Source: Chiloscyllium plagiosum (taxonomy: Eukaryota). From it: a stretch of 35,671 nucleotides of DNA. Both the position numbers and the translations under genes were made by a program. The notes beneath the pieces are model-generated. The model was given only the letters and a program-made list of their open reading frames with translations, was not told the DNA's origin and ran no database searches. The stretch spans positions 20,577-56,247 of the forward strand of contig NW_025214954.1 in NCBI RefSeq assembly GCF_004010195.1, written 5' to 3'. Below are positions 23,507 to 33,354 of this stretch, piece after piece. Each line of letters begins with the position of its first letter. Positions within the stretch are counted from its first letter, which is position 1.

Positions 23507-23709
23507 GAAGAGCGCAGCAGGTCAGGCAGCATCCAGGGAACAGGAGAATCGACGTTTCGGGCATAAGCCCTTCTTCAGGAATTCCTGAAGAAGGGCTTAT
23601 GCCCGAAACGTCGATTCTCCTGTTCCCTGGATGCTGCCTGACCTGCTGTGCTCTTCCAGCAACACATTTCCAGCTCTGATCTCCAGCATCTGCAGACCTC
23701 ACTTTCTCC
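23507..23709. mobile_element. Young palindromic element with two mirror-image hammerhead motifs
   Basis: Arms 23504-23581 and 23582-23659, no spacer, one mismatch; unique tail to 23709. TSD tcaatgtcttatcactg 23490-23506 / 23710-23726. Confidence 0.92.
23585..23612 (+). ncRNA. Minimal hammerhead ribozyme core (mirror copy on - strand at 23551-23578)
   Basis: CTGAAGA-A-GGGC ttat GCCC-GAAAC-GTC. Confidence 0.75.
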
Positions 23710-23819
23710 TCAATGTCTTATCACTGTCTCTCTCCCCATTCCCAGTTTAGTATGCTCCCTCACGATCTATCTCTATTGCCACTTCATTCTGATGTCCATC
23801 ATTGTCCATCCTTAATTGT

Positions 23820-24255
23820 GCAGAGGGCAGTTAAGAGTCAATTTGCTGATGACATAAAGGTGGGTAGGAGAATGAGTTGTGAAGACAAAACATCTGGCAA
23901 ATGGAGTACAATGTGGCAAAGTGTGAAATGGTGCATTTTGGCAGAAAGAATAATAAGGCAACATATTACTGCAATACTATGGCTGAAGAGCTCAGGGATG
24001 GAGAGGAATCTTGGTGTCTTCAGTCACAAATCACAGAAAGGTAATCTATAGGTTTGGCAAGTAATCGAGAAGGCTAATCGTGTCACATTTTATTGTGAGA
24101 GGAATTGAAAGCAAGAGTGTGAAAGCTCTGCTTCACTTACCCAGGATGTGGGTAATGCCTCATGTGGAGTGCTGTGTACAGTACCGGTCACCGTACTTAC
24201 GTTAATGTGTTGGAAGAAGAACAGGTTTACTAGGCTAATACTTGGAAGGAGCGGA
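23820..24255 (+). mobile_element. Old CR1 RT and C-terminal fragment
   Basis: SQFADDIKVG; ggcaaatggagtacaatgtggcaaagtgtgaa; ERNLGV. Confidence 0.85.
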
Positions 24256-24259
24256 TTGT

Positions 24260-25325
24260 ACCTTATATTTTTCTCGGAATTTACTCAATCCCTGCTGTTA
24301 ATACCTGACATCTGCATACTTCTTTTTCTTGACCAGAAACATAATTACTCTAGTTATCAGCATTCCCTACACCTACCAGCCTTGCCCTTCAACCGAGTAG
24401 GAACATACAGTATATTAGACTCCCATTATCTCATTTTGAAAGTTTGACATTGCCCAGCCGTGCCTTTACCTGTGAATATCCACCCACAATTAACTTTCGA
24501 AAGTTCTTGACTAATACCATCCAAATATGCTTTCCTTCAATTTTGAATGTTAACTTTTAGATCTTTTCTATCCTTTTACATCACTATTTTACAACTAACA
24601 GAATGATGTTCACTCCCCCATTGATACCTAATTCACTTGCCCTGCCTTATCCCAAAAGGAAGGTCAAGTTTTGCACCTTCTCTAGTAGGTATATCTACAT
24701 ACTGCATCAGAAAAAATTCTTGCACACACTTAACAAATTCCTCTCCATCCAAGCCCTTAGCAGTATGGTAGTCCCAGTCAATGCTTGGAAAGTTAAAATC
24801 CCCTACCATAACCACCCTATTATTCTTACAGATAACAGAAAACTCCTTACAAATTTGTTTCTCAATTTCCTGCTGACTATTGGGGTGTAAGTGCTCTATC
24901 GTACAATCCCAATAAGGTGATCATCCTTTTCTTATTTCTCAGTTCTACCTAAAAAACTTTCCTGTGTGCATTCCTAGAAATATCCTCCCGACGTACAGCA
25001 GTAATGTTATTCCTAATCAAAAATGCCACTCCCCCACCTCTCTTGCCCCTTTCTGTCCTTCCTATAGCATCTATAAACTGGAATATGAAGCTGCCAGTCG
25101 TGTCCATCCCTGAGCCCCATCTCTATAATTGCTGTGATATCCCAATCCTTTTTCCCCAACCATACCGAGTTCATCCCAGACTGATCTCTTTTCTTACTAT
25201 CTCCCGAGGTCTTCCCCCTACACCCCCCCTCACACCCCATCTCTGCACCCTTTCCCACCCTGCACTAGTTTTCATCCTCCTGAAGAGCTCGAGGAAATCT
25301 CCCTGCCAGTATATTAGAGGAGAGG
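24260..25325 (-). mobile_element. CR1 ORF2 N-terminal (endonuclease) fragment
   Basis: MVMVGDFNFPSIDW...QYVDIPTREGAKLDL; WDITAIIE..L..GHDWQLHIPVYRCYRKDR. Confidence 0.9.
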
Positions 25326-25500
25326 TTGGAAATCTTACAACCTTTAAAAATATTTGAATGAGCACTTGAAATAACATAACATTCAAGACTATGTGACGAG
25401 TACAGGGATTTGGAATGACTATGCCTTTGGTGATAGTTAATGTCAGTGAGGACTCAATAGGACAAAGGGCCTTTTCTGAACTGTCAACTATGACTTTATT
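25320..25500 (+). mobile_element. CR1 3' end fragment
   Basis: acaacctttaaaaaatatttgaatgagcacttgaaa...ggacaaagggccttttctg. Confidence 0.65.
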
Positions 25501-25829
25501 AAAGGGCCGACATAACATTTAAAGCAAAGCATTCCAAATTTGCCAGAACATTTTTGATTTCAACTGCATTAATAATGTATTGGTGGTAAAAACTTCAAAT
25601 CTTTAAAGATTCTTTTGAAAAAAAATCTATAAAGCCCCACAAAACGTCATTTATCTAAAATATGCCATTTATTTTAGAAATCTGATGGAGTACTTGGGTC
25701 ATTTGGGCTCAGCACTAACCTGGAGCATAACAGCCTTTACAAAAAAACACACAAACTTTGATCTGAGGAGTAAAAGTAAATAGAAACACAAAAGCATATG
25801 ATGTCATTTCATGTGGCTCCATCTCATTA

Positions 25830-26105
25830 CTTCAGGTTATCCCCAAGAGTCTTCACCATTAACTAATTCCTTTTGAACTGCAGTCACTATTGTTATCTAT
25901 TCAAAACATACCCATCAATTTGCACATAGCAAATCCCCTAAAATGTAAGAGGGAATCGGTTTTGATGATATTGATTAAAGGACGAATGCAACCTGGGTCC
26001 CTCAGGACGCCCAGCTCCTATTCAATGAATGACTGAAGTCTCCTTTGTGCCCTAATTTGATTGTTGTATGATCACAGGTTAAATTACAGCCTCAATGTCA
26101 TCTTA
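25830..26105 (-). mobile_element. Ancient Deu-domain-like SINE remnant
   Basis: ttttgaactgcagtcactattgt...caatttgcacatagcaaatccc...gatattgattaaagga pattern, recognised from memory. Confidence 0.5.
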
Positions 26106-26617
26106 TAACTTAACACACAAACTTTCCTTTAGATGAAATATGATGATTAAGAATGTAGTTTAATTCACTGTTTCCTTTTATTTTGTTCAGAAGCTGAAGT
26201 TCCTGACTCATGTTCCATCGACCACAGTTGCCTTCCGGGACCTCAATGTTATTGAGCACTATACAATAATGGAAGGAAATAAAGCAAAATCCTTTCTTCA
26301 CTGAAATTCACAAACCCTAAGGCCATAGGGAGGTCATTGCCTTGTGATTGGAAGAGGGAAGCCCAACGGATTTCCAATAGTCACTCATTAAACATCACTG
26401 AAGTTGATCATTGTCGATAATCAGATTTCTCAGCATCAATCAAGGATGAAACCATCGATCTTCCTGCTCTGTAAGACTGAAAGAATTGACTGAAAGAAGT
26501 GAGCATGAATGTTATTAATATCTCCAGTGATATTAGCTAGATGAGTACACTCACAGATGATCCAATAGAAACTAGGAACAAATACCCTGGGGTGTCACTT
26601 CATCCTCTGTACTGACC

Positions 26618-26827
26618 TCACATGGAAATATCTTCAATGGCAGAAGTGTGGACCTCTCCCAAAGCCATGCCATAATAGATGGTGTCACCAATCACTGTAA
26701 CCCATGGCATTGTATTAGTGGTGAACCTGGCTGCCCACTTCCCTGTGTTGTTGGTGACTATCATTACTCCATCATCCAGTCCTCAGGTACTGAAGCCCAG
26801 AATCAGCTGTCTGTTCTGTAGACATGC
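26618..26827 (-). pseudogene. ASRGL1: ASRGL1-like (isoaspartyl peptidase/L-asparaginase) terminal exon with a frameshift
   Basis: Pyrimidine-rich acceptor ...ccccactcccgaacattAG, phase 1. Then GMSTEQTADSGLQYLRT / frameshift / GVMIVTNNTGKWAARFTTNTMPWVTVIGDTIYYGMALGEVHTSAIEDISM*. Colinear with the vertebrate ASRGL1 C-terminus as recalled (GKTVEEAADLSLGYMKSRVKGLGGLIVVSKTGDWVAKWTSTSMPWAAAKDGKLHFGI). Confidence 0.8.
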
Positions 26828-26959
26828 CTAATGTTCGGGAGTGGGGTGGGGTTGAAACAGATAATAATACAAATTACACAAACTTACTTTTTTTTAATTG
26901 AAAAGAACATATGAATGATTGACTTTGAAGTTTATTAGGGCTCAGCTGCTCTGTTCAGT

Positions 26960-27810
26960 CTTCAAGCTTCAGAAGGGACTCATTCACTCCGTTCCATCTA
27001 ACCCTCTGTACATCCTTCAGGTTTTCATTTTCTTCTTATGGACTTGATGAACACCCCCTTAAACGGTGCTTACAATATTTCTCTCAACTACATCTGGCAT
27101 TGAACACCACATTCTGAAAGCTCTTTGGAGAAGACATTTCTCTGGAATTCTTTACTGGTCTTAATTGTGACCATCTTATATTGATGTCATCTGATTTTTA
27201 TTCCTCATGTGCAGACACCACGTTTTTACACCCACATCATCAAATCCCCTCAATTTTAAACATACATCTAAGTAGTTTCCTCCTTCTCCTTCCTATGTGA
27301 ATACACCACCTCTTAAAATTATTTTCCACTGTCTTGCCCATTCTGCTCACCTTTCTGGACTCTGCTATTTTACCACAACCTTCCTCAGTAATAGCCATAG
27401 TCGCCAATTTCCTGTCATCCACATAATTGTTATACCCCTGATCTCCAGGTACAATTACTTTCAGGACTAGTACCCTGTGGAACAACACATTCTGTCAGTC
27501 TGAACAACTAACTTTTAGCTTTAGTTTCTGTTTCTAACCCTATTGTTATCCATTCTGCTACTTCTTCCCTGCATCCATGTTGTAACTTTCGTTTACTATT
27601 AACATATCTTTTAAAAATCCAGACATAAACACACCCTCCCCAATACCTTTACATATACTGTTATGTCATCAAACAATTCAAAAAGGTTAGACACCAATGC
27701 TGACTGTTCTTTATTATATCCTCAGTTCTGGATAGTTTACCATTATGGCTTTGAGCAAAAATTGCAATATTTTTCCTACAACCAACTTTAAACTAGCTGG
27801 TCTGCAGACC
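26960..27810 (-). mobile_element. Highly decayed CR1 ORF2 remnant
   Basis: NYVDDRKLA...EEGC...CIHIGR resembles the CR1 FADDTKL...H.GR segment; 3'-end-like sequence at 26980-27250. Confidence 0.55.
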
Positions 27811-28025
27811 CATGTTGCATTATTACTATGATTGTGATCCGGTAGCTGAAGATGAAGCAATAAAGCCAAATACTTTCATCAAATTAATTAATTATCAAAT
27901 TTATATGAAATCAGTTAGCTCAATGAGTTCCCCTTGAACTTAAGGTGTCCAAAAATTTAAAAACAAGTTTTAAATATCTGCCAAAATGCTCACTGTTTTG
28001 ATATGCATGCATTGTCTTTCATTTA

Positions 28026-28078
28026 GGTGGAGGCAATGGCCTAGCGGTATTATCACCAGACTGTTTACCCAGAGACTT
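28026..28078 (+). mobile_element. 5' stub of a tRNA-derived SINE
   Basis: ggaggcaatggcctagcggtattatcaccagactgtttacccagagact, A-box-like head. Confidence 0.5.
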
Positions 28079-28412
28079 TAATAAGCACACAACTCTTATT
28101 TCACAAAGCAATATAAACTTTATAACAAGGCATTTTTCAATGATCTTTGTCTTCTCAATGCTATCATTCCTACCCGAATGACTGTTTTTATGTGGTCGAG
28201 GTATAGAAATATTTATATTATACACACAAACGTGATCTGTGACACTGTACCCAATTCGGCACTGCAGCATGGGGGAGGTGCAATACAGAATCAGCAGAAT
28301 AATATCGAAATGTCACCTCTAATAAACCACCTCATCTTAAACCACAATCACTATTTGGTCAGACATCCCATGGGATTATCAGTGCAATTATGTTCTATGC
28401 TAAGGGGAAAGA

Positions 28413-28527
28413 ACTGAAAATGTGTTGCTGGAAAAGCACAGCAGGTCAGGCAGCATCTAAGGAGAAGGAGAATCGACGTTTCGGGCATAAGCCTGAAGAA
28501 GGGCTTATGCCCGAAACGTCGATTCTC
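28413..28527. mobile_element. Truncated palindromic hammerhead element
   Basis: Left arm as in 12290-12370. Intact + core CTGAAGAAGGGCTTATGCCCGAAACGTC at 28493-28520. Confidence 0.88.
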
Positions 28528-29695
28528 GATTTTGAAGATGACGTTTGTTTTGCATGCTGTCTGGTTCATTAGCTACTGTTTAAGTGTGTTGTTTGGTCTG
28601 TGGGCTACCATGCTGCCAACAGGTCTGAGTAGGCTGGCAGTCATTTCAGAGATGTCTTTGATGCAGGGTAAAGTGGCTAATGCTTCTGGGCTTGTTTTGT
28701 CTGTTTGTTTGGGTTTGTTGCTAAGAAATCGGTGGAATGTGTTTATTGGGTACCTGTTCTTCTTGAATACGCTGTACATGTGGTTTTCTTCTGCCCTTTG
28801 AAGTTCTACAGTGCTGCAGTGTGTGGTGGCTTAATGCAGCTTTGTTTGTGGGTGTTGGGATGATTGCTTCTGTAGTTCAGTATTTGGTCCAGATGTGTTG
28901 TTTTCCTGTGGATGCTCATTTGAAGGTCTCCATTGGCTGTCTGCTCTACTGTGACATCTAGAAATGGCAGGTTGTTGTTGTTTTCCTTCTCCTTTATGAA
29001 TTTTATGCCAGTAAGGATACTATTGATGATCTTGAAGGTTTCCTCTAAATTGTTTTGTTTAGTGATCACAAAGGTGCCATCCACGCAGCGGACCCAGAGT
29101 GTGGCTTGGATGGTTGGGAGAGTTGTTTGTTTGAGTCTTTGCATTACATGTTTCTGCGAGGAAACCTGATATCGGTGATCCCATGGGTATTCCATTGATT
29201 TGCTTGAGGGTCCTGCTATTGAAAGTGAAGTGGGTGATGAGGCATAGTTCCACCAACTTGATGATGTTGTCCTTGCTGATGAAGTTGGTGGTGTTTCGTG
29301 TATGTGTCTTTGGTTTTTCTAATAGCGTAGTCAGTGTTTCTTTGGCTAGGTTGATGTTGATGGATGGGAACAGGGCTGTTACGTCAAAGAAGAACATTAT
29401 TTCATCCACTTCTTTCTTGGTGTCTTTGATGAGGTTCAGGAGTTCTTAGGTGCAGTGGTAGGAGTACTCTACTAACTGCTTTAGACTTTCGTGGAGTTCC
29501 TTGGCTAGTCTGTATGTTGGTGTTCCTGGTAGTGAGACTGTGAGTCTGAGGAGGGCTCCTGATTTGTGAACTTTGGGTAGTCCATAGAAACATGCTGTGT
29601 TGGATCTGTCTGGTTTCATTTTTTGGACGTTTGTCTTGTTTAATTCTCCTGATTTCTTAAGTTTTCTGAGTAAGGCTATGATTCAGTTCTCCAGT
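28528..29695 (-). mobile_element. Penelope-like element RT, thumb and linker remnant
   Basis: FFDVTALFPSI...FTFN..TLKQINGIPMGSPISGFLAE; WVRCVDGTF; LPFLDVTV...HRKTTHLDQILNYRSNHP; LPCIKDISE...VAHRP; KTNVIFKI (start of the GIY-YIG region). Confidence 0.93.
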
Positions 29696-29697
29696 TG

Positions 29698-30136
29698 AAA
29701 CCCTCCAACCTTGGCAAACATCCTTGTAAATCTTTTCTGAACCCTTTCTGCACTCCAAGCAACACTCATCAGGACCTTACCATTAAGTGTATAAGTCCTG
29801 CCCTGATTTACCTTTCCAAAATGCAGCACCTCACATTTATCTAAATTACATTCCATCTGCCACTCCTTGGCCTATTGGTCTATCTGATCAGGATCCCATT
29901 GTAGGTGCAGTGTACAGTAAAGAAGTTTACCTCAAATTTTGGTGTCATTTGCAAACGTACTAATTATACCTCCTGTGTTCACATACAAATCAATTATGCA
30001 AATGATGAAAAGCAGTTGACTCAGCTCCGATATTTGTGGCTCACCACTGTCCAAGCCTCCAGTCTGCAAAAGCAACCGTCCATCACCACCCTCTGTCTTC
30101 TGCCTTCGAACCAGTTCTGTATCCAAATGGCTGGTT
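29698..30136 (-). mobile_element. CR1 RT fragment
   Basis: Matches 18430-18785; ISTFANDTKI. Confidence 0.88.
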
Positions 30137-30149
30137 GATTTGTACTACT

Positions 30150-30395
30150 TGACGACTACTGCCATGTTATGATGTTTTGCAGGAGAATAGAAGGATTAGG
30201 TTAAATATAATCATTTTTATCGAGGTAGAACTTAACTTGCTTAGTCTCTACATTGCTGGGTGGATGCCAGGGGTATAGAAACACTAGAATATATTGAATA
30301 AGAAGGAGGCAATGCAATGGATAGGTCTTGAACATTGTAGCCAAGATGTTATCAGAACCTGTAGTCTTCAATTTATCATTGCTCCCAGCCACAAC
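30150..30395 (-). mobile_element. Old L2-like LINE RT N-terminal fragment
   Basis: KTTGSDNILATMFKT...LLIQY resembles the KATGPDNIPA-type RT entry motif. Confidence 0.5.
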
Positions 30396-30484
30396 TTGCT
30401 GTCAGTTGGTGTGAAATGAATTAATTATCACAGCAGGTTCATGTTTTGTATCTCTGTAACCCCTTGAACATGAACTGTTCACTC

Positions 30485-30794
30485 AGAATCTTAGAATCCC
30501 TACAGTGTGGGAAAAGGCCCGTCGGCTCAACAAGTCTACACTGATCCTCCAAACCCATATCCCATTACTCTACATTTACCATTGACTAATACACTTAAGC
30601 TGCACATCCCTGAACACTACGGGCAATTTAACATGGCCAATTCACCTAACCTGCATATCTTTGGATTGTGGATAAACCCAGAGCACCCAGAGGGAACCCA
30701 CACAGACACAGGGAGGATGTGCAAACTCCACACAGTCACCCGAGGCTGGAATCAAACCCAGGTCCCTAGCACTGTGAGGGTGCAACGCTAACCA
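30485..30794 (-). mobile_element. HE1-like V-SINE
   Basis: Reverse complement of the HE1 pattern (ttcacctaacctgcatatctttggattgtgg...gtgcaaactccacaca). Confidence 0.9.
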
Positions 30795-31459
30795 GTTGTT
30801 GCTTTGGACTATGTTAACATCTTTAAAGGTGCAGCACCATACAGTTAAAATTGGCAGAGAATCATGTGAAAGCAATGTGCTATCCAACTCTAAACCATGC
30901 TATGCCTGAAGGTTCACATTCTAATTCACCACATTTGATATCTTTGGCCCAAAAGCACACTCTTCTCTGCTGCGGCTTCTTGCTGAGCTTCTCCACTGAC
31001 TGTAACCCTGTTACCATTTGACTGATAGTTCCACAAACTTTCATATTATCTGGCCACACTTCTTAAAGTCTTCATTCTTACAGCAGTGCATGGACTGATC
31101 CCCGAAATGTCACTGAACCCATGCTTTTCGTTGACAACCATATTCTGCTTCTTGAATTCTTCAAGGAGAATTTCTTAGCATCCCGTTCAAGTCTAATTGG
31201 CTTTTTATCCTTGGTTTCTTTATTGTTCCTAAACAGGTTGTTTCTCAAACTAATTGGCTTTGTACATCTTGATACTAATTGGCTTAGACCATTAGGGTCT
31301 TTTATTCATTTAATCCTTGGTCAGTTTCCATTCACAGATTAGAAACCCTTGTCTCTGATCCCTGCCTTTTTGAAATTAGTATAGTTTTAGCAGTGAACCC
31401 TGATTAATATGAATTGGTTTTACAGTTTGACCATTACATCTGTTAATCCTAGCAGTAAG

Positions 31460-31785
31460 ACACAGCAGAAGGTGGTCCTGCCGTCCCTTAAATCCGCTTT
31501 GCCATTCAATGAAATCATGTATAAGCATTTGATATAATGCTTACTGATTCCCTTAAAAATCGCTCAGTATTGAATGTCCTTATACAGCCTATACAGTCCT
31601 CTGTGATAAACAATTCCATAGATTCATGACGCTCAGAGAAGAAATTCTACCTCATCTGTCTTAGATAGGTGAGAGAGTATTCTGAGATTATGCCCTCTGC
31701 TCCTGCAAGAGGAACCAATCTTTCTGCATCGACCCTGACAAGTCCTCTGGGAAACTCGGATGTCTCAAGAAGGTTGCATCTCATG
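31460..31785 (-). mobile_element. Old CR1 3' end
   Basis: aattccatagattca..ac.ctcagagaagaaattctacctcatctgtctta; GLVRVDAERLVPLAG. Confidence 0.65.
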
Positions 31786-31895
31786 TGGAAAGGTCCTGAC
31801 CTGTACCAAACTGTTTCTCTCCACAAATACTGTCTGATCACATGTGCTTTCATAGCATTTTGTGTTTTAATTTCAGATTTCCAGCATTGGCAACA
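31785..31895 (+). mobile_element. Degenerate arm of the older palindromic element
   Basis: ctgtttctctccacaaatactg...atttcagatttccagcat resembles 12700-12768. Confidence 0.45.
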
Positions 31896-31919
31896 TTTTG
31901 CCTTTCTCTCGGGACATCA

Positions 31920-32225
31920 GGCATGGCATGATGGCTCAGCGGTTTGCGCTGCTGCCTCACAGGGCCAGGGATCCAGGTTCAATTCCAGCCTTGGGTGACA
32001 ATCTATGTGGAGTCTGTACAGTCTGCCAATGTTCTGCATGGGTTTTCGTCGTGTGTTCCAGTGTCCTCCCACAGTCCAAAGATGTCATGTCAGGTGGATT
32101 AAACATAGCAAATGTGTGATTAGTGTAGGGTAGGGAGCGGGCTCTGAGGAGAAAGCTCTTGGGAGGGTCAGCACATACGCAATGGGCCAAATGGTCTTTC
32201 TCCACATTGTAGGGATTCTATGATC
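31920..32225 (+). mobile_element. HE1-like V-SINE
   Basis: tggctcagcggtttgcgctgctgcctcacag...ggttcaattcc...ctcccacagtccaaagatgt...gtagggattctatgat. Confidence 0.88.
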
Positions 32226-32229
32226 AGGA

Positions 32230-32475
32230 ATTTTTCCAGGTGGCATCCTCATCTCGCCCATTTTCAGCTGTTCCTTCAACAATCTTCCATTTATCATATA
32301 AAGTCACAGCGATGTTCATGAGCAATTTTACATCATTCAGCTCCATTCCTAATTCCTTCCAGAATAAGGCTGCTCACAAGGCTCCTACAGCACGACCTGG
32401 ACAATATCGTGTGGCAGGTAGTACTTACTAATGAAGAAATCACCATTTCCAACAAGAAAATGTTCAACTGTCTGA
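32230..32475 (+). mobile_element. Old L2-like RT core fragment
   Basis: Degenerate IFSC..NNLPFII...MF...AAHK.LQHDLDNI..W...TISNKK. Confidence 0.6.
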
Positions 32476-32619
32476 TTATTACAAATGTGGATTTGAGAAT
32501 GTGGCAGAGTCTAGATACTGAGTGACTGTCAAATTCTATCCACTATTTATAAATTAGAAGGTAGATGCAGGTGATGGAGGTTTCCTTCCACAAACAGACA
32601 TCGACATCTGATCAATTGT

Positions 32620-33008
32620 TTAATCTTAAGCGAAAACTAGGATTTCTGTTAAGCAGAAGTACTGAGAGTTAGAGTACTTCTGTCTCTCAGTACTCCAGAC
32701 ACAGGAAGATCTGAAGACAAGAACCTACAGCTGCCTGGTTCTGAGATAAGAAGTGTTGTTTAGTAAATCTTAGTTGGGAGTTTTATTGGACTAGTATTGT
32801 AGAAGGGAAGGTAGAATGTAGGTTAGAGAAAGAAATTGTAAATAGTATTTAGTTAATTATTCTCTGTTATACTTTAAGAAATAAAGCCGTTAATTTTATT
32901 TTAACTGTTCCTTGGCCATTTGATTTTTTATAGATTACTGCACAGGATCAATCTTTTCTGCGTAGCTGGTTTTAAATTGAGCAGGAGGATTTAACCCGTG
33001 TCGTAACA
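32620..33008 (+). mobile_element. Possible 3' part of a solo LTR
   Basis: AATAAA near 32880 and a terminus ...gtgtcgtaaCA typical of Gypsy-type LTRs. No matching 5' TG end or TSD found. Confidence 0.35.
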
Positions 33009-33019
33009 AGGGTAGCCGT

Positions 33020-33352
33020 AGAAATCGCCCTAGTTCTAGTTCCATATGGCTGCTCTCACATGGACAGAGAGAGAGTCAACTGGTGGTGAGCTTAACCTAA
33101 GGATCACTTCTCCTCTTTACATCTCACACCAGCCAACTGTGCTAACTGACCCCCTGTGGCAATGATGGCTGGATGGCTGATTCATGATGTAGAGTGATAC
33201 CGACAGCACAGGTTCAATCCCCACACACTGGCTGAGATCACCTTCTCAACTTCACCCCTCCCCTGGGGCATGGTAACACTCAGGTTAAACTCATGACCAG
33301 TCGTGTCTCGCTAATGAGAGAACAGCCTGTGGTTCACATGACTATAGGGACA
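33020..33352. mobile_element. Two head-to-head copies of a tRNA-derived SINE (- 33020-33155; + 33160-33352)
   Basis: Both share aggttaa-ctca--accagt...tctc...gagag-agcc-tgg...acta-gg. The + copy has B-box ggttcaatcc. Confidence 0.65.
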
Positions 33353-33354
33353 TG

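Larger units (their letters stand above)
22722..23745. repeat. 35-bp minisatellite (caatgtcttgtcactgtctctccccattcccaggg), ~22-23 copies, interrupted at 23507-23709
   Basis: Exact 35-bp periodicity from 22756 to 23491 (21 units). Confidence 0.97.

Noticed and set aside
22688..23679. Long Cys/Ser/Pro-rich ORFs in all three + frames
   Set aside because: They arise from a stop-free 35-bp minisatellite, with the same peptide cycling through frames; no gene evidence.
30800..31200. Possible L1 ORF1 remnant (ELDSTL...PILTVWCCTFKD) on the - strand
   Set aside because: Resemblance is too weak to support without a profile search.
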